Below the pieces are notes generated by a model that was not told where the DNA came from, ran no database searches, and saw only the letters and a program-made list of their open reading frames with translations. Both the position numbers and the translations under genes were made by a program. A DNA stretch of 64,000 nucleotides from Lama glama (lineage: Eukaryota), in contig CM052817.1 of assembly GCA_028534125.1 (NCBI GenBank), positions 97,464,001-97,528,000 on the forward strand, given 5' to 3'. Below, piece by piece: positions 14,031 to 27,337 of this stretch (position 1 is the first letter of the stretch; every line of letters begins with the position of its first letter).

Positions 14031-15743
14031 CTACACCTGACACTCCTGATTTAGACTGTCTCTGCAAGGACAAGAAGGGGAAGGGGAGGAAGGGAGCCAT
14101 TAGGACTTGAACTTCAACCGTGTGTGATATTTTGCCTCTGATTTAAAAAAAGATCTGAAACAAATGACAAATTAACATGTTAACTCCAGGTGGCAAAAAA
14201 TGGATATTATTATTATCCTTGGTAGTTTTTTTAAATATAGAAAAGCATCACGTGAAAATTCCTAACCCCCGTCTAGATCAGTTGGCCTCTGTTAGCTTCA
14301 ATTAATTCAGCTTCCTGGGAGACAGCTGTCATCTACCTTGATTGTGGCCTACCTTACATAATTCTATTCTGAACTTTATGCCACTTTGGAAAAATATATC
14401 CCAAAGTTATTACCAGTAGGTTAAACTTAAAATACATTAAGGTCTCTCAGAAGATAACTTGTCATATGTTAACAGATGTTAAACATGAAAGATTCCAAAA
14501 GAAAATGTATGTATGAATTAATTTTCTTGTAATTTGTCTCATGAAAAATTTAGTTTTTATCACAAATACTACTTATCAATAACAGTTGAATGATTATAAA
14601 TACAAATCTAGACAAGTCACTACATCCATGGTCATCAGAGCCTCAACAAATACAGCATCTTACCATCAGCAGACTAATTCCAAACCATGACATTAATGAC
14701 ACTATTAGGGGGTTTTAAAACAATAAGTTTCTTACTTACACAGAAAAGTCAATCTTTAAAATATTTTGCAACTGAGCAGCCTACCAAAAACAAAAAAAAG
14801 AAATCTATGAGGCTTACAAAGTTTCCAATGATCACCTAATCCCAACTAATAAATAAAACTGTTTATTCACATTTAACTATTTTTCATATCATTAAGCTAA
14901 AGGGTCATTATGTGAGAATGGCACAACACACACAAAAACAAACACACACACACACGAAAGGAAAAGAAAAATCAAAGGACTGTCCATCTAAGTACCTGAA
15001 AGAAGCATTCTGATAGTCAAAGGAACAGAAGGGTCAGATGTCAGGTCTGATAAAACTGGGATCCCACGGTGGAATAAGAATAAAGATCATCAAGGTAGAA
15101 GGGAAATAAATGCGAGGATAATGGATGTTTTTATGCAATATTTTTAATTCTGCTGTAATAGCTCTTGGGCTTCTTTATTAGCTTAGGAAATAAACCATAT
15201 TATGAAACATTTGCTTTATCCATCATGCTTGCTTATTCAGATAATTATAAACATAACAATTTAATTTACTCTCAAGTAGTTTTAATGGACGTTACAACAA
15301 ATGGTCCTACAACCTGAGAGAATCTGGAAGCAGGGAAAACCTGCAAGAAACAGCATGACATTCTGATGGGCATGTGCAGGGCTGCCCACCTCTCTTCCTC
15401 CCACAAACACCTGGTCTTTGAGGGCTGGTCTGGAAACAAGCAAACACACCCATCAAGCATGGATCAGAATACAACAAAATGCCCATCAGCCCAGAATTCC
15501 TCACTTCTCTGTGAAAATGGCAGTGCCACCTGGAGGCAGAGGAGCTCTTGCTCTGATAGGTGAGAGATACATTATACTCTCACAATCATTACTGGTGCAC
15601 TTTTATTTTATTTATTTATTTTTTTTGCTGTGGAAATAATACATCTTCATCATAGAAAATTTGGTAAACACAAAAAAGGAAAACTAACAAAGCAGAAATC
15701 CTATTATTCAGTGATAACCACTTCTAATGTTGAGACTTTTCCT

Positions 15744-15803
15744 TCCATTGAGAATGAAATGCACACATTTATGTCCACTGAGAATGAAATGCCCACGTAT
15801 ATA
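15744..15803. repeat. Imperfect 30-bp tandem duplication
   Basis: TCCATTGAGAATGAAATGCACACATTTATG / TCCACTGAGAATGAAATGCCCACGTATATA. Confidence 0.85.
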
Positions 15804-16129
15804 AGTACACATACAAATGCTGTAAACACAGCTGCATATATGTTAAGTGAAAAAAATTAGATTTTAATGATTTCCCATGTTATTAAATTTTCTCCATAGA
15901 ATTGACTGCATATATTACACAATAATTTTAAAAATAAATAAGTTTACCATGATATGGCTAACCCCCAATTCATTAGGAAAAAAGGCTATTTAAATTTTTA
16001 TAAGTTATGCTAAAATGAACGCCACTGTACGCTAACCTCTGTCCACATGTATCATAATTTCTGGATGATACAGTCCTAGAAATTGGACCTTCTGAGGTAC
16101 ATAAGAGCAATGATGATGAATAGTAACAA

Positions 16130-16365
16130 TCATAAAGCAAACATACTTATGTAGGGCTTACCACGGGCCAAGTACTTTTCTAAGCACTTTACAAATACTA
16201 ACTCAATGAGCCCTTATAGCAATTCTATTTGATAAATTCTACGATTATCTCCATTTTACAGATGTGAACACTGAGGTGAAGTAACTTGCCCAAGATCACA
16301 CATCCAGTAAGTGGTAAAGCTGAGATAAACACAAGGCCGTCTGGTTGGAGGGTCCATGCTCTGGA
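16130..16365 (-). mobile_element. MIR SINE
   Basis: CCATTTTACAGATGTGAACACTGAGG...GTAACTTGCCCAAGATCACACA. Confidence 0.85.
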
Positions 16366-19300
16366 ATTACATCACAGGACTTCGGATGGTACCTGCTGCC
16401 AAATTACTTGTCTCTCCTTATGCTCCCGGTTAACAGGCTTCACAGTGGCATCCGTCTCCCCATCAATTGTTCTCCTCCCAGGGAATCTGATAGATGAAAA
16501 ATGCTACCTACTTGTTGGCTTTCACGTCCATCTCTCTACTTACTAGCATGACTCAACAGTTTAGAAGTTCACACACTCTGTCTTTATTGGTTTCTTTCTG
16601 AGCTGTCTGGTTCATGTCCTTTTGTTTTTCCCTCCCCCACCCCTACTAGAAGTCTCCATGATTTTCTTACTGATTTGTATTAGCTCTTAATATAGAGATA
16701 ATTAACCTAATCACCCATTCCCCATCTTTTGTCTTAATTTTATTTGATGCATAGGCATTCTGCATCTTTATGTAATCACAATGCTCAGTTTATGTGTGTG
16801 AGCCTTCTCCCATCACTTTGGTCTTATAAAGTGCTTCCCTCTCCAGGAGTCGGATATGTGATCAACTAAATGTTGTTTCTCGATTGAGGTTCTATTCCAG
16901 AGAACCTGGAAACCACCCTGCGAATGGTGCTGGCATTAAGTCTTCAGCACAGTGGAACTGCAGAGACTTGATACTATCGATGGTTTTTACATAATGTGTT
17001 TTCATCCTCATGTAGATTTCAGACTAGACAGTGACATATGCTGACTTATTACAACAGAATGACTCCATCTGAGGAAAAGTCATAATCTAAGACACTTCCA
17101 TCCTGGTTACAGTCACATCAAAAGCCACAACTCAAACATGAAAATTACTCTTACCTTCAAAAACTCAGAGTAAAAGCTGTCATGGGCCTTTGCTGAACAA
17201 TAATTCTAGCCCAGTGTTTAAAAATAATATAAAGGCAGCAGATTTTTCATAGCTGATCTAAATCCCTAACAGGATTTCTTCTTGTTTTATTCTGTTGTCC
17301 AAAGAAGACAGCAACTGTATATTTGGTATCATCAGCTTAACAGCTCTCATACTTGAATTGCATTATTATAGTTAGTGATTTTAACTGTGTGGAGGACAGA
17401 GGGATTGTGACTTTTTACTGACTTCTCAGGATCTCCCTTAGACCTGAGTACTACACCACAGGGCGTGATCTGTGCGCCGTGTAGTTTGTTAATGATAATG
17501 ACATTGATGTTTGTGAATTATTTACTGTTAAAATAGAAACACAGAACAAACAGGTCCATGATTCTTCCTACAATGAAGCCACTCGTTTGCATTCTAATGT
17601 TTTCAAGGTGGGAAAAGAGATGGAAGTTAAAACCCTCACAGTCTATCACTATGCAGCCTGTCTGATCTATGCTGCAGCCCATAATAAGCAACTGTTAGTG
17701 AATAATGTGTTTATGCCGAGCATTGATTTTTATGAATACCACAAAAACAAAAAGCTCATGGTGCTATTTGCTTTGCTGCCCACACACACATACCCACACA
17801 ACGCATTTAAATCAAATCTGCCACGGAGTATGAGATATATGCGAATATTAATCTTCATTTGTATTGCTTTTAAAAAAGAGTTGAGAATCACTAGTCTAAA
17901 CTATCTTCATAATAATCTCTATTTTTGGAATTCGGAGAAGAATAGAGCTCTCAATTAAGGATCTCAGGAGGGCACAAAGAACTGGAAGGATTTCCTCGCT
18001 CTGAAATAATGTTAGTTTTGTGGTTGAATTTATTAACATCTACATTGCTAATTCTTTTTGCGATGGAATCTCTTAGGTCATACTTTCACATGAGCAATTA
18101 TTCATGCATGGAGTTCCTATTTGTTCCTATTCCTCTATTTCTAATTGAAACGATTAATAAAAGTCAACAAGAACGGTAAGCAGTAGGATTTCCATTGAGC
18201 ACACACGGTATGCTAGCACTTAATATGGACCGGGTCAGATCCATGTCCCACAGCCATTGGAGGTAAGGACTATTATTGCCACACTCCTAAAGATGTGGAA
18301 ACTCACCGACAGAGAGGTCAGGAAACTTGTCGAGGGTCAGGCAACAAGAGGAAGTATGATCTCAAAGTTGGCCTTCCTAGCCACCACCATTCTCCCATAT
18401 ATTCATTTCTGGCATTATCTGCCATTTACCAAGATTACTCTGGCTTCTGATTATATCCTTTGTAAACAATGCTATCTCTCCCTGTCAGTATCTGTGAACT
18501 TACTGATCCTCATCTTTTTCCACTTTTTGGATATCAACTAATCAGATCAACTGATATCTCTGGCCTGCTTATACAGACCACTTCCCTCCTTCATGGAATT
18601 TTTTGGCCCATAGAGCCATCTTGCATAAATATTTACCACATAAGACAATGTGACCGAATGGACAATCTGGCATTACTGTCAAACACACAATTCAAGTTGC
18701 ATTTTCAATGATAAATGACCTACTGGTAGTTGATCACTGTAGTTCCCTTTTATTAGTGATGTATATTTTAACAATGACCAGGAGGAGTGGTTCTCAACCT
18801 GCAGTCCAAGGGTTCATGAAATGATCCATGAATCTTCTGAAGCCATATGCAAAATTCAATGCGTAAGTACTCACTATACTGGTGAACAGGTAGAGGTTCA
18901 TTCTATTAGTAATCCTTCCACACTGAGAAAATAAATATATGTACCAAGAATGGCAGAGGCTCCCAATGAACAGGCCAAAGAAAACACAATATAAGACACT
19001 TCTTAGGTGCTCCTAGACAGGCAATGATAACTAGTTCTGGACGGTCTAGGGACATACTAACGGGGTCAATTTACTGAACCTTTTAGTTATATTAATGCTC
19101 ATTATCCCCATGTATCAGAGAGTGGGACTGAATCTGCATATATTGTTTTGGGAACACACTCTTGTTACTGCTAAATTTTTCTCATCATTGAAGCATCTAT
19201 AAATGTACTCCATGAAAAAAAACCGTCAGATCTTCTCTCCCTCTAAAACATATTGCATTGACCCTTCCCATTCATCATTTTTCTATCCTTCACAAGTTCT

Positions 19301-19442
19301 CAGTATTACTAGATAGTTTACTTTAATACTAGAAGACTCTTATTAATGATAATGCTTGGAGACTCAAGTATCGTGGTTAACATTTCTACTTAAATAAAAG
19401 ATAATTAATAACTGACTGTATGATCAGCTTTTGGAACGATGG

Positions 19443-19910
19443 GTAGTAGTTTTTGTCTGCCCAGAACACTCTGGAGATCCATCTTGCTGTGTTCCTAGTC
19501 CACAGGGTTGGGTGAGGCCAAGCACCCACCCCAACAGGCACACATGTACACACAGGCACCATCTAACTCAAGGTTGGACATGAGAACCAAGGCTGGCCAA
19601 TCAGAATCTATTAAGAAAGGAGCAGTTCCTTTCACCAGGATCAATAACTAATGAAAACTCAAGCCCAGAGTGGTGCTGGCCATAGCCCCCCCCCCCAGCA
19701 CAGAGTTGAAATAAAAAGAAAAACGCTCCCAACAGATGAAGAGACAAAGAAATTTATAATATCACCATTTAAAACCTGGAATCTAGCCAAGCTGAGGCTT
19801 ACCCCCTTGAACTTCTTCCATTTTTGCGAGCCAAGAGATTCTGTTTTGTTTAAACTAGCATGAGATGGTTTCCTGTGCTGTTTACAAATCAAGAGTTCTG
19901 ACGAATCATA
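19443..19910 (+). mobile_element. ERVL/MaLR-class solo LTR (LTR16/LTR33-like)
   Basis: GGCCAATCAGAATC core and 3' end GAGCCAAGAGATTCTGTTTTGTTTAAACTAG...AAGAGTTCTGAC; subfamily uncertain. Confidence 0.6.
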
Positions 19911-21421
19911 CTAAATTCACTTACAGCCATCATGTAATTTTATTAATAAAATGAATATTTATTTTCTAAGTGGTTCTTTCCCATGTTCTTAAAACATTAC
20001 ATGGGGCCTCCAGAAGAGCTCTCACCACAGCTGAATATGCAGTGGGATCGTGGCTATGCCTGTGTCTAGCCTGGGTATTCCGAAGGATGAGAAGTTCCCA
20101 TTCTTGCTCTGACCATACACCCAAGACTCTGCCCTGACAGATTGAAGCGCTTAAAAAATGGTTGGTGAGTGGCAATCAGTCCTGAACACAGCTCGTACAT
20201 GACCTTGTCTATATTAGTACAGAAGAGTCCACGTCCAGTATGACCAGTCCCTGCCTCCTCTCTGTTTGGAGGGGCTCACACACTGGACCTGCAGTGCACC
20301 TTAATCTTACTTCATCAATGCAAGGCAACCCCATTTTTATTAGGATTAAGTGCTATTTCTATTGTGATAAAAGAGCCATGACATTGAATTTACTTTTAGC
20401 CATTTTTAAGTGTAAATTAGTACATTCACATTGTTGCACAACCATCACCACCATCCACCTCCAGAACTTTCGAGGAGTAACATGCATTGCTGTTTCAGAT
20501 TCCAGGGAGTTTAGTAAACAGAACTGGTACTTCATTTAGTTACTTCTGGGGAGCAGTGCATGCCTGTTTTAAAAATCTCCATGTTTTCTGTGTTGTACAG
20601 TCTCTCTTGGGCCAAGGACCAGGGAAGGGCACCCCCTTTTAAAGTCAAGCAACTGAAATAAACACTGTCTAAAAATAGTATGACAGGCAAACTTTTATCA
20701 TTCCTCATTGATGAAAAGCCTTATGTAACTCGGGCTTAGCATGCTCTCCATCAGTTACGTGCCTGGAAGAGGCTGACTGTGTAGGGACTCTGAGACAGTC
20801 ATTTCCCCCATTAGATAAAACATCGATTTCTTAAAAATTGTATCTACTTTCCTTAAAACCCTCATCGTACTAAATTTGATTATTTCTGCTACAGTAGAAT
20901 TGGCAAGAATCAAATTTCTTAAAAAAAGCATATTTCATCAGTGTTATGAAATCACAGAGGCTAGACCATGTTTGACACTTAAGATTTCTATTCTTTACTT
21001 CTTCCATTCTTGGGTACTGGCAACAAATTCATCCCTCAAAAAATGCACAGTTCATGCAATTATACCCTCTTACAAAAATCCTTGCCTTTTTAAATGAACA
21101 CTGGCTCAAAAATAGGGGGTCCCTGCTGATAGACATCGAAGAACCACCCATGGAGCTCATGTTTCAGAAGTCATGCACATGTAAGAGCTATCAGCTTTAG
21201 ATTTTCACCACGAAAGGTTGCTATGTTTGTATTTCTCCAGTTCTCAAAAAAAAAAAAAAAACAGTACTTAGGAGGGGAAAAGACTGCTGTTTTCACCTGA
21301 ATCATAGCAACCAAGTCCAAAATACAGGGTATATGTCAACAAAATTATCATATTTCTGCCACATACAGAAACTCAAAATGCTTCCAGAAGTCTCAAAGGA
21401 ATACTTCACAGGTACACTTAC

Positions 21422-21432
21422 CTCAACGGGGT
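21422..21432 (-). other. Candidate 11-nt stop-containing microexon in intron 2
   Basis: TTTTTTTTCCCTTCCTTTCTCTGTCATTTTCAG|ACCCCGTTGAG|GTAAGT; motif evidence only. Confidence 0.4.
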
Positions 21433-22934
21433 CTGAAAATGACAGAGAAAGGAAGGGAAAAAAAATACTTCGTATTGTAGGACCATAAATTCTTCAGTCA
21501 TACCTTAAAGCTTCCAAGAACAAAAGCCTCTCCGAACACAATTTCCATTTCAAAAACATAGTGACCATCCGAAGGGGAGGAAATAAAAGAACATCTGCTC
21601 CTCACCTCTCTACCCTCTCAAACGCTGCACTCAGAATCTCTTCTCGAACTTATCAGAAAAATATTTTTTAAGTAAATACAAACTCTACCACGGGACAGAG
21701 GAAAATAAGCATGTTTCCACTTCTGAAAAAGGCACTGTGAATTCAAACACCATTGACCTGAGGACATAATAAATGGACTATCAGACGAGCTGAGACTCCT
21801 CTGCTCCTCCACATCCTTGTATGTACGTCAGAATTCCATATGTCACCATTTCTAATTCATTTACATAATCTTTCACCGGTTTGCTTTCCAACTTAGTCAA
21901 ACCAGGAGCTGGCTCTTCTTGTTTCCATTTCCTGGGGATATTTTCCCCCTAGTCTAATAAAATGCATTCTCTTTTGGTATCAAAATGACCAGGTTGACCT
22001 TCATAACAAAACTCTTTTGCTCCTTTTAAAAGTCATGATGATGCTTCAATTTCCTCCTCGTTACTATAAAGCTGTGTCTTTTTTCCCTATACTCTTTGCA
22101 ACTCTTTTTGTAGGGCTGTTAATACACGTGGTTTGGTGGCACAGGGGGAAGAAACAGGCTTGAGGGCAGATAATCTGGCCTGCAATGACCTCTTCCCGTA
22201 AACCATCCAATACTTATCCCTTGTCTTCCGTTCCAGCCACTCAGCCTGAATTCCCAACATCATAGCCTCCCAACTGCTTTTTAAAGTTTCTGTCCCTGTT
22301 TCCTATCTCTCTTACCAGATTGACTTTTCTACCCTTTTATATTCTTTCCAGGTTTAAAAGAAAAATGTTTGCTAGTACTATGGTAAAAATGCCAAAGACT
22401 TCTTTTTAGTACTCAGATTCCTACAGTCTGGTGTTCCCCAGTTACCATTAACCCCATCCAAGCAGGCCTTGTTTGTCCTGTGCCCACACACGTGACCTGC
22501 GCCATTACTTCCTTCTGTAACACCTCTGCACTCCTCACCATACACCAGCAATCTACAAACATCAGCTGAAATCTCACCTCCTGTGTTCTAGCCCACATGA
22601 AACTTTTCCTTTTCTAATCTTTGGTAACTCTTCTTACTGCCTCACACAACCAAACATGTAATTAGGGAAAAACAACAACAACAGCAAAAAGGCTGTATAG
22701 ACTCATGTGAGTCCTCTCCCCCAGTGAGATGCGAATACCGGGGAGACGTCTGGTTTGCTTCCCATTCATTTGGTTTGTTCGCCCACGTTAAGAACACAGT
22801 AGGTGCTAAATAATTTGAGAGTTGCCTATTATTTTCCCCTCTGCCAACACAGAATTTACAAAGCTGTTTTGCTCTTAGGTCTAGGCCTTCCATCAAAAAG
22901 CTTATATTAAAATACACTGATAATGGAACTCAGA

Positions 22935-23785
22935 AAGAAGAAAGCAACCCAATCAAAATGGGAAAAAGAGTTAACAGGCATGAAAAAACAAATGGATGGT
23001 AGTTAAGTACATGGAAGGATGTTCAGTATCATGTAGGCACTAGAGAAATGCCAATTTAAACCACAATGGGTTATCAGTACTGTTATAATGTCTAAACTTA
23101 AAAAGACTGACTCTCTCAAACGTTGGCACGGATGGAATGCAACCAGAACTCTCGTACACTGCCAATGGGAATGTAAAATGGTACAACCACTTTGGAAACC
23201 AATTTGATTCTCTCTTCGAAATTAAACCAACACCAACACCTAACGTATAATCTAGCCATTTTAGTTGCAGGTATTTCCTGGAATAAAAATACAGCACAGG
23301 TCCATAGAAAGATTTGCATGTGAATGTTTAGAGCAGCTTTATTTGAAATAGCCCGAACTGGAATCAACTCAAACGTCCACCAACAGGTGAAGGAACGAAC
23401 AAACTACGGTACGGCCATGAACGGAAGACCACTCAGCACTAAACTGAAACGAACTGCTGGTGCTTGCAGTGACACGGATGGATCTCCAGTGTATTATGCT
23501 AAATGAAGGAACCCAGAAACAAAAGGCTGTATAAAGTATGGTTCCATTTTTATGACAATTTAGAAAAAAACAAAACTATGGGACGGGGAGCGTATAAATG
23601 GAGGGTTTGGGAGAGAGGAGAGGGGCTGAACTATGAAGGGGCAACACAAAGGAATTGTGGTGGGTGACAGAACTATTCTGCATCTTGGATGGGTAGTGGT
23701 TTGATGACTCTGCACTTGTCAAAACTCACGGAACTGTACACCCAAGAGAGAAAATGTTACTGTTTATAAACTGAAATTAAATGAA
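22935..23785 (+). mobile_element. Old LINE-1 (L1MC/ME-like) 3' region
   Basis: GGGAATGTAAAATGGTACAACCACTTTGGAAA, AAAGTATGGTTCCATTTTTATGAC, TTGTCAAAACTCACGGAACTGTACAC. Confidence 0.85.
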
Positions 23786-24049
23786 TGACCTCATAATGAA
23801 GACTAAGAGTGTCACCATACAGCTTGGAATACACCCTTACCAACTACTCTATTATGCTGAGATTAGAAAAAACAAGAACAGCATCTGTTGATTATTTTAT
23901 GAAAATCCCTAAAAATATGCTGAGAGGTCACAACAATTTTTGCTAAACCCAGCAGAACTCTCGGCATTACTTAACGATAATTTTATTAGTTTCACACAGT
24001 CACCAACACTTATCTCGTCACCCCTGATATACACTTGTTCCCCAAGCCC

Positions 24050-24545
24050 CTCTGCCAACCAATGCATTCAGTCCATCAGGATTTACTGAACATCCACAGG
24101 GTACCTGGTACTGTATTAGGTATGGCAAACGTACTGGTGAAACAGAACAGCTGAGGACCTGCTCCCAGGAAATTCACATTCTAATTAGGGCAGTGAAGTA
24201 AACAAGGATCACTTCTGATAGGTGTGCACTATGAAGACAACAAAGGAGGGTGATGTGTTAGGAGATGGGGGGGGTGTCACCACTTTAAATAAAGTGGCCA
24301 GGGAAGGCCTCCTCGAGAGGGTGACACCAGAGCTCATCCGGAGTGACAAGAAGGGGCAAGAAACCCAAATGTGAAGGCAGAGCCTTCTTGGCAGAGGGGC
24401 CAGTAACCACAGAGGCCCCCAGAAAGAAGGAGGCTTGGTTCGTCTGAGCCCCAGAAAGGTCAGCGTGAGGAATGAGCAGGAAAAAACAAGATATTCAGTA
24501 AGGTAGTTGAGAGTCCAATAACTTAGTGCTTTTTAGACCCTAAGT
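24050..24545 (-). mobile_element. LINE-2 3' fragment
   Basis: CATTCAGTCCATCAGGATTTACTGAACATCCAC...GGCCAGGGAAGGCCTC...GAGGGTGACA. Confidence 0.7.
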
Positions 24546-26014
24546 TATTTCACTTGAGGCTGCTTGCACCGAGACACAGTCACCGGGCTTTAGATCCGCC
24601 ACCCAATCTGAGTTATGTTTGTAAAAGAGCCGCCTGCCTATTATTCCAGGGCATTCAGCGTTCATCTTCTGTAGCTTAAGTACGTGTTTTTTCACCCACC
24701 TCTGCTCTGTGGCCTCACGCAAATCACGTACACCGAATGAGTCGCAGTTTCCATGTCTGTCAAACGGTGACACGAGCTACCAGCAACTGCTCATGCACAC
24801 CGGTGGCGACTGGTGGGGAAATACCTGACTCTAAGGCTAACCGCTGTCTCCCTTCTGTCCCCACCTTCCCAGGACATGGCCCCCATCCAGTACCTCCCCT
24901 CTAATGTTTTCAACCTCAGTCTCAGCATGGGTCTACCGCCCTCTGACTCCCATCCCGCTGTTTCTTTGTGCCAACATCCCTTCCCTGGACCCCTTGCTCT
25001 CCACCACCAGCCAGACACCGCCAGAGGGTAAGCACTGCCCCCATACCCCCAGAGTTTCTCCTCTTCACTGCTAATTTACTCCTGTGCCAATCACAGCCCG
25101 AGCCCCATGCCCACTGCTCTGCAGAATTCCTTCTGGAAAAATCACCAGCCCCCACTATTCCACCTAATTCCTGGACTTCCCAGCCCCCTGACTAGGTTTG
25201 GAACCACCATCTCCTAGCAGAAGGGAAGACTAATGTACTAGACCAAAGGGCAGGGTTCTACTCCCAGCTCTGTCACCAGCTGCTTTGAATGGAACTGGAA
25301 AAGCCTTATTACCTCCCTGGGCCACAGCTTCAGTATGGGCGCCCTTAGAAGGCTGGGTTTACACACAGCCTTAGAACCCTTCTGACCTGGAAATTCTAAG
25401 ACTCCATGGTTCTTTCCTTGGGCCTCTGTGACTCGGCGCTGTCTTGATTGTCCAGACAACTTCCAGCCTCCTTTATTAGTGTGTGCCGCTTATCTCCTAA
25501 ACGGGTTCTGTTCTTCCCAATTTCGAGCAAATGTACTTTCAACTGTCCTTGAGTCGTATGTACACCCTCTCCATAGGGAGCATCCATGCTGGCCCCTCCA
25601 TAGGTGGTTCTATGAGGAGGCCTCCCACACCTCCAGACCAACACTTGCGCCTGTATGGAGAACTCGTCCAATCAGAGGGAGTCTGCAACGTAAAACTCAC
25701 GGAGCCAAGATACATCACCATTTCTTCTCGACCTCCTCATTTCTCTTCATGGCTCACCATCCTCCATGACTGTCAAGCTCATGACCTGTGAGTGTTCATG
25801 GATTTTCCACTTACTTCCCTCTCCACTTCCACTCAGACAGCAACTCCTCTCCTGCCTCTTCCTCAACAAAGCCAAGAGGCAAGACAGAGCGAAGGAGAGA
25901 ACCACAGAAGGGAGCAGGGTGTGGATGGCTATGGTGGCCCAGAGTGGGGCAGCAAGCCCACGGGTGGCTCTGACACCCCACGGAGAGTCACAGTCCCGAT
26001 GGAGTCGGGGCAAT

Positions 26015-26353
26015 TGGGATAAATTACTGGGATAAATTTAGTTTATCCCTTTATTTCGAGATTTGCAGATACTAATATATATAAAATAGATAAACAACAA
26101 GTTTACACTGTGTAGTAGAGGGAACCATATTCAATATCGTGTAGTAACCTACGGTGAAGAATATGAGAACGGATGTATGTATGTTCCTATGTGACTGAAG
26201 CATTGTTCTGTACACCAGAAACTGACACAACACTGTAAACTGGCTGTACTTTGAACACTGGAATCTGACATAACATTGTAAAATGATTATAAATCAATAA
26301 AAAATGTTAAAAAAAATGGCTGTACTTCAGTAAGAATATATTAAAAAAATAAA
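26015..26353 (+). mobile_element. LINE-1 3' end containing a nested 65-bp younger L1 3' tip (26252-26316)
   Basis: Host L1 3' UTR interrupted between duplicated TGGCTGTACTT (26241-26251, 26317-26327); the insert resembles 8626-8690. Confidence 0.85.
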
Positions 26354-26744
26354 GGCAGCAACAGGCTATAACTCACTGCATTAAAATAAGAAACAATGAT
26401 GCCACGAAGATAAAGATAAAGAAAATTAAATGAATAAACAAAAGGTGATGCAGATTGGGATGTAGACACTTCAAAGCACCACGCCCCCAATCATCTCCCA
26501 ACTGCAAAGGGAAAAGAGTAACTTGACCTTGGAGACGCCTAGCAGAGGACACCTGGATCACGTGCTGCAAAGGGACAGGAAGGGCACCGAGGGAAGTGGC
26601 CTGGTCTAGGGTGGGCAGCTATAGGAGGAATGCGGCACCCCTTCTGCAGTATTCCTGCCATGGGCCACCCCCGAGTCAGGGTGTGAGGAAACAGGATAAA
26701 CCCAAATGGAGGGGCTTTCTGCTAGAGGGCTGGGCTTTAATCTT

Positions 26745-27040
26745 TCAAAGTCAAGTCATGAAATCCAGGAAAGACTAAGGAACTATCCCAGACTGGAGGT
26801 GACTAGAGAGTCATGACAGCTAAAAGGACAAGACAACTCTGAACGGGGGTCCTTGCCCCACAGAAGATGTTACTGGGACAATTGGCAAAACCAAGAATAA
26901 AGAAGTCGGTGACTTTAATGTTAGTTTCTGGATTTTGATGGTTGTGTTGTCCTTACATGAGAGAATGTCCTTGTTTATTGTTCTTCGCAAGGGACTCCCA
27001 ATTTTTTCCTAAGTCTGGGGTTATTTCAAAATAAAATTTT
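26745..27040 (+). mobile_element. L1MC-like 3' fragment
   Basis: GTCAAGTCATGAAA...AAGACTAAGGAACTATCCCAGACTGGAGG...GGGACAATTGGCAAAA...GAGAATGTCCTTG. Confidence 0.7.
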
Positions 27041-27226
27041 TATACAAACATCAGTAACGACAAAGTCATCTTCTGTAATATGTCACATCTGTCCCCTTTT
27101 CCTTTACCCCGGCATCATCGCTCCAGAGAATCAAGTTCTGATTCTTCTGCACTGTTACAGTAACTTTAAAAAAATTTTTTTCCCTTCCAGTTTATCGGGA
27201 TATAATTGACATACAGCACTGTATAT

Positions 27227-27337
27227 GGGGGGTGGGGAGTTAGGTTCTATTTATTTATTTAATTGAGGTCCTGGGGATTGAACCCAGGACCTCTGCATGC
27301 TAGGCACACACTCTACCATTGAGCTATACCCTCCCCC
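27227..27337 (-). mobile_element. tRNA-derived SINE (camelid Vic-1-like) abutting a short L1 3' fragment (~27172-27226)
   Basis: A and B boxes and AAAT-type tail on the minus strand. Confidence 0.85.

Noticed and set aside
17149-17200. Strong gene-strand donor AAG|GTAAGA at 17155/17154
   Set aside because: No convincing upstream acceptor; isolated donors are expected by chance.
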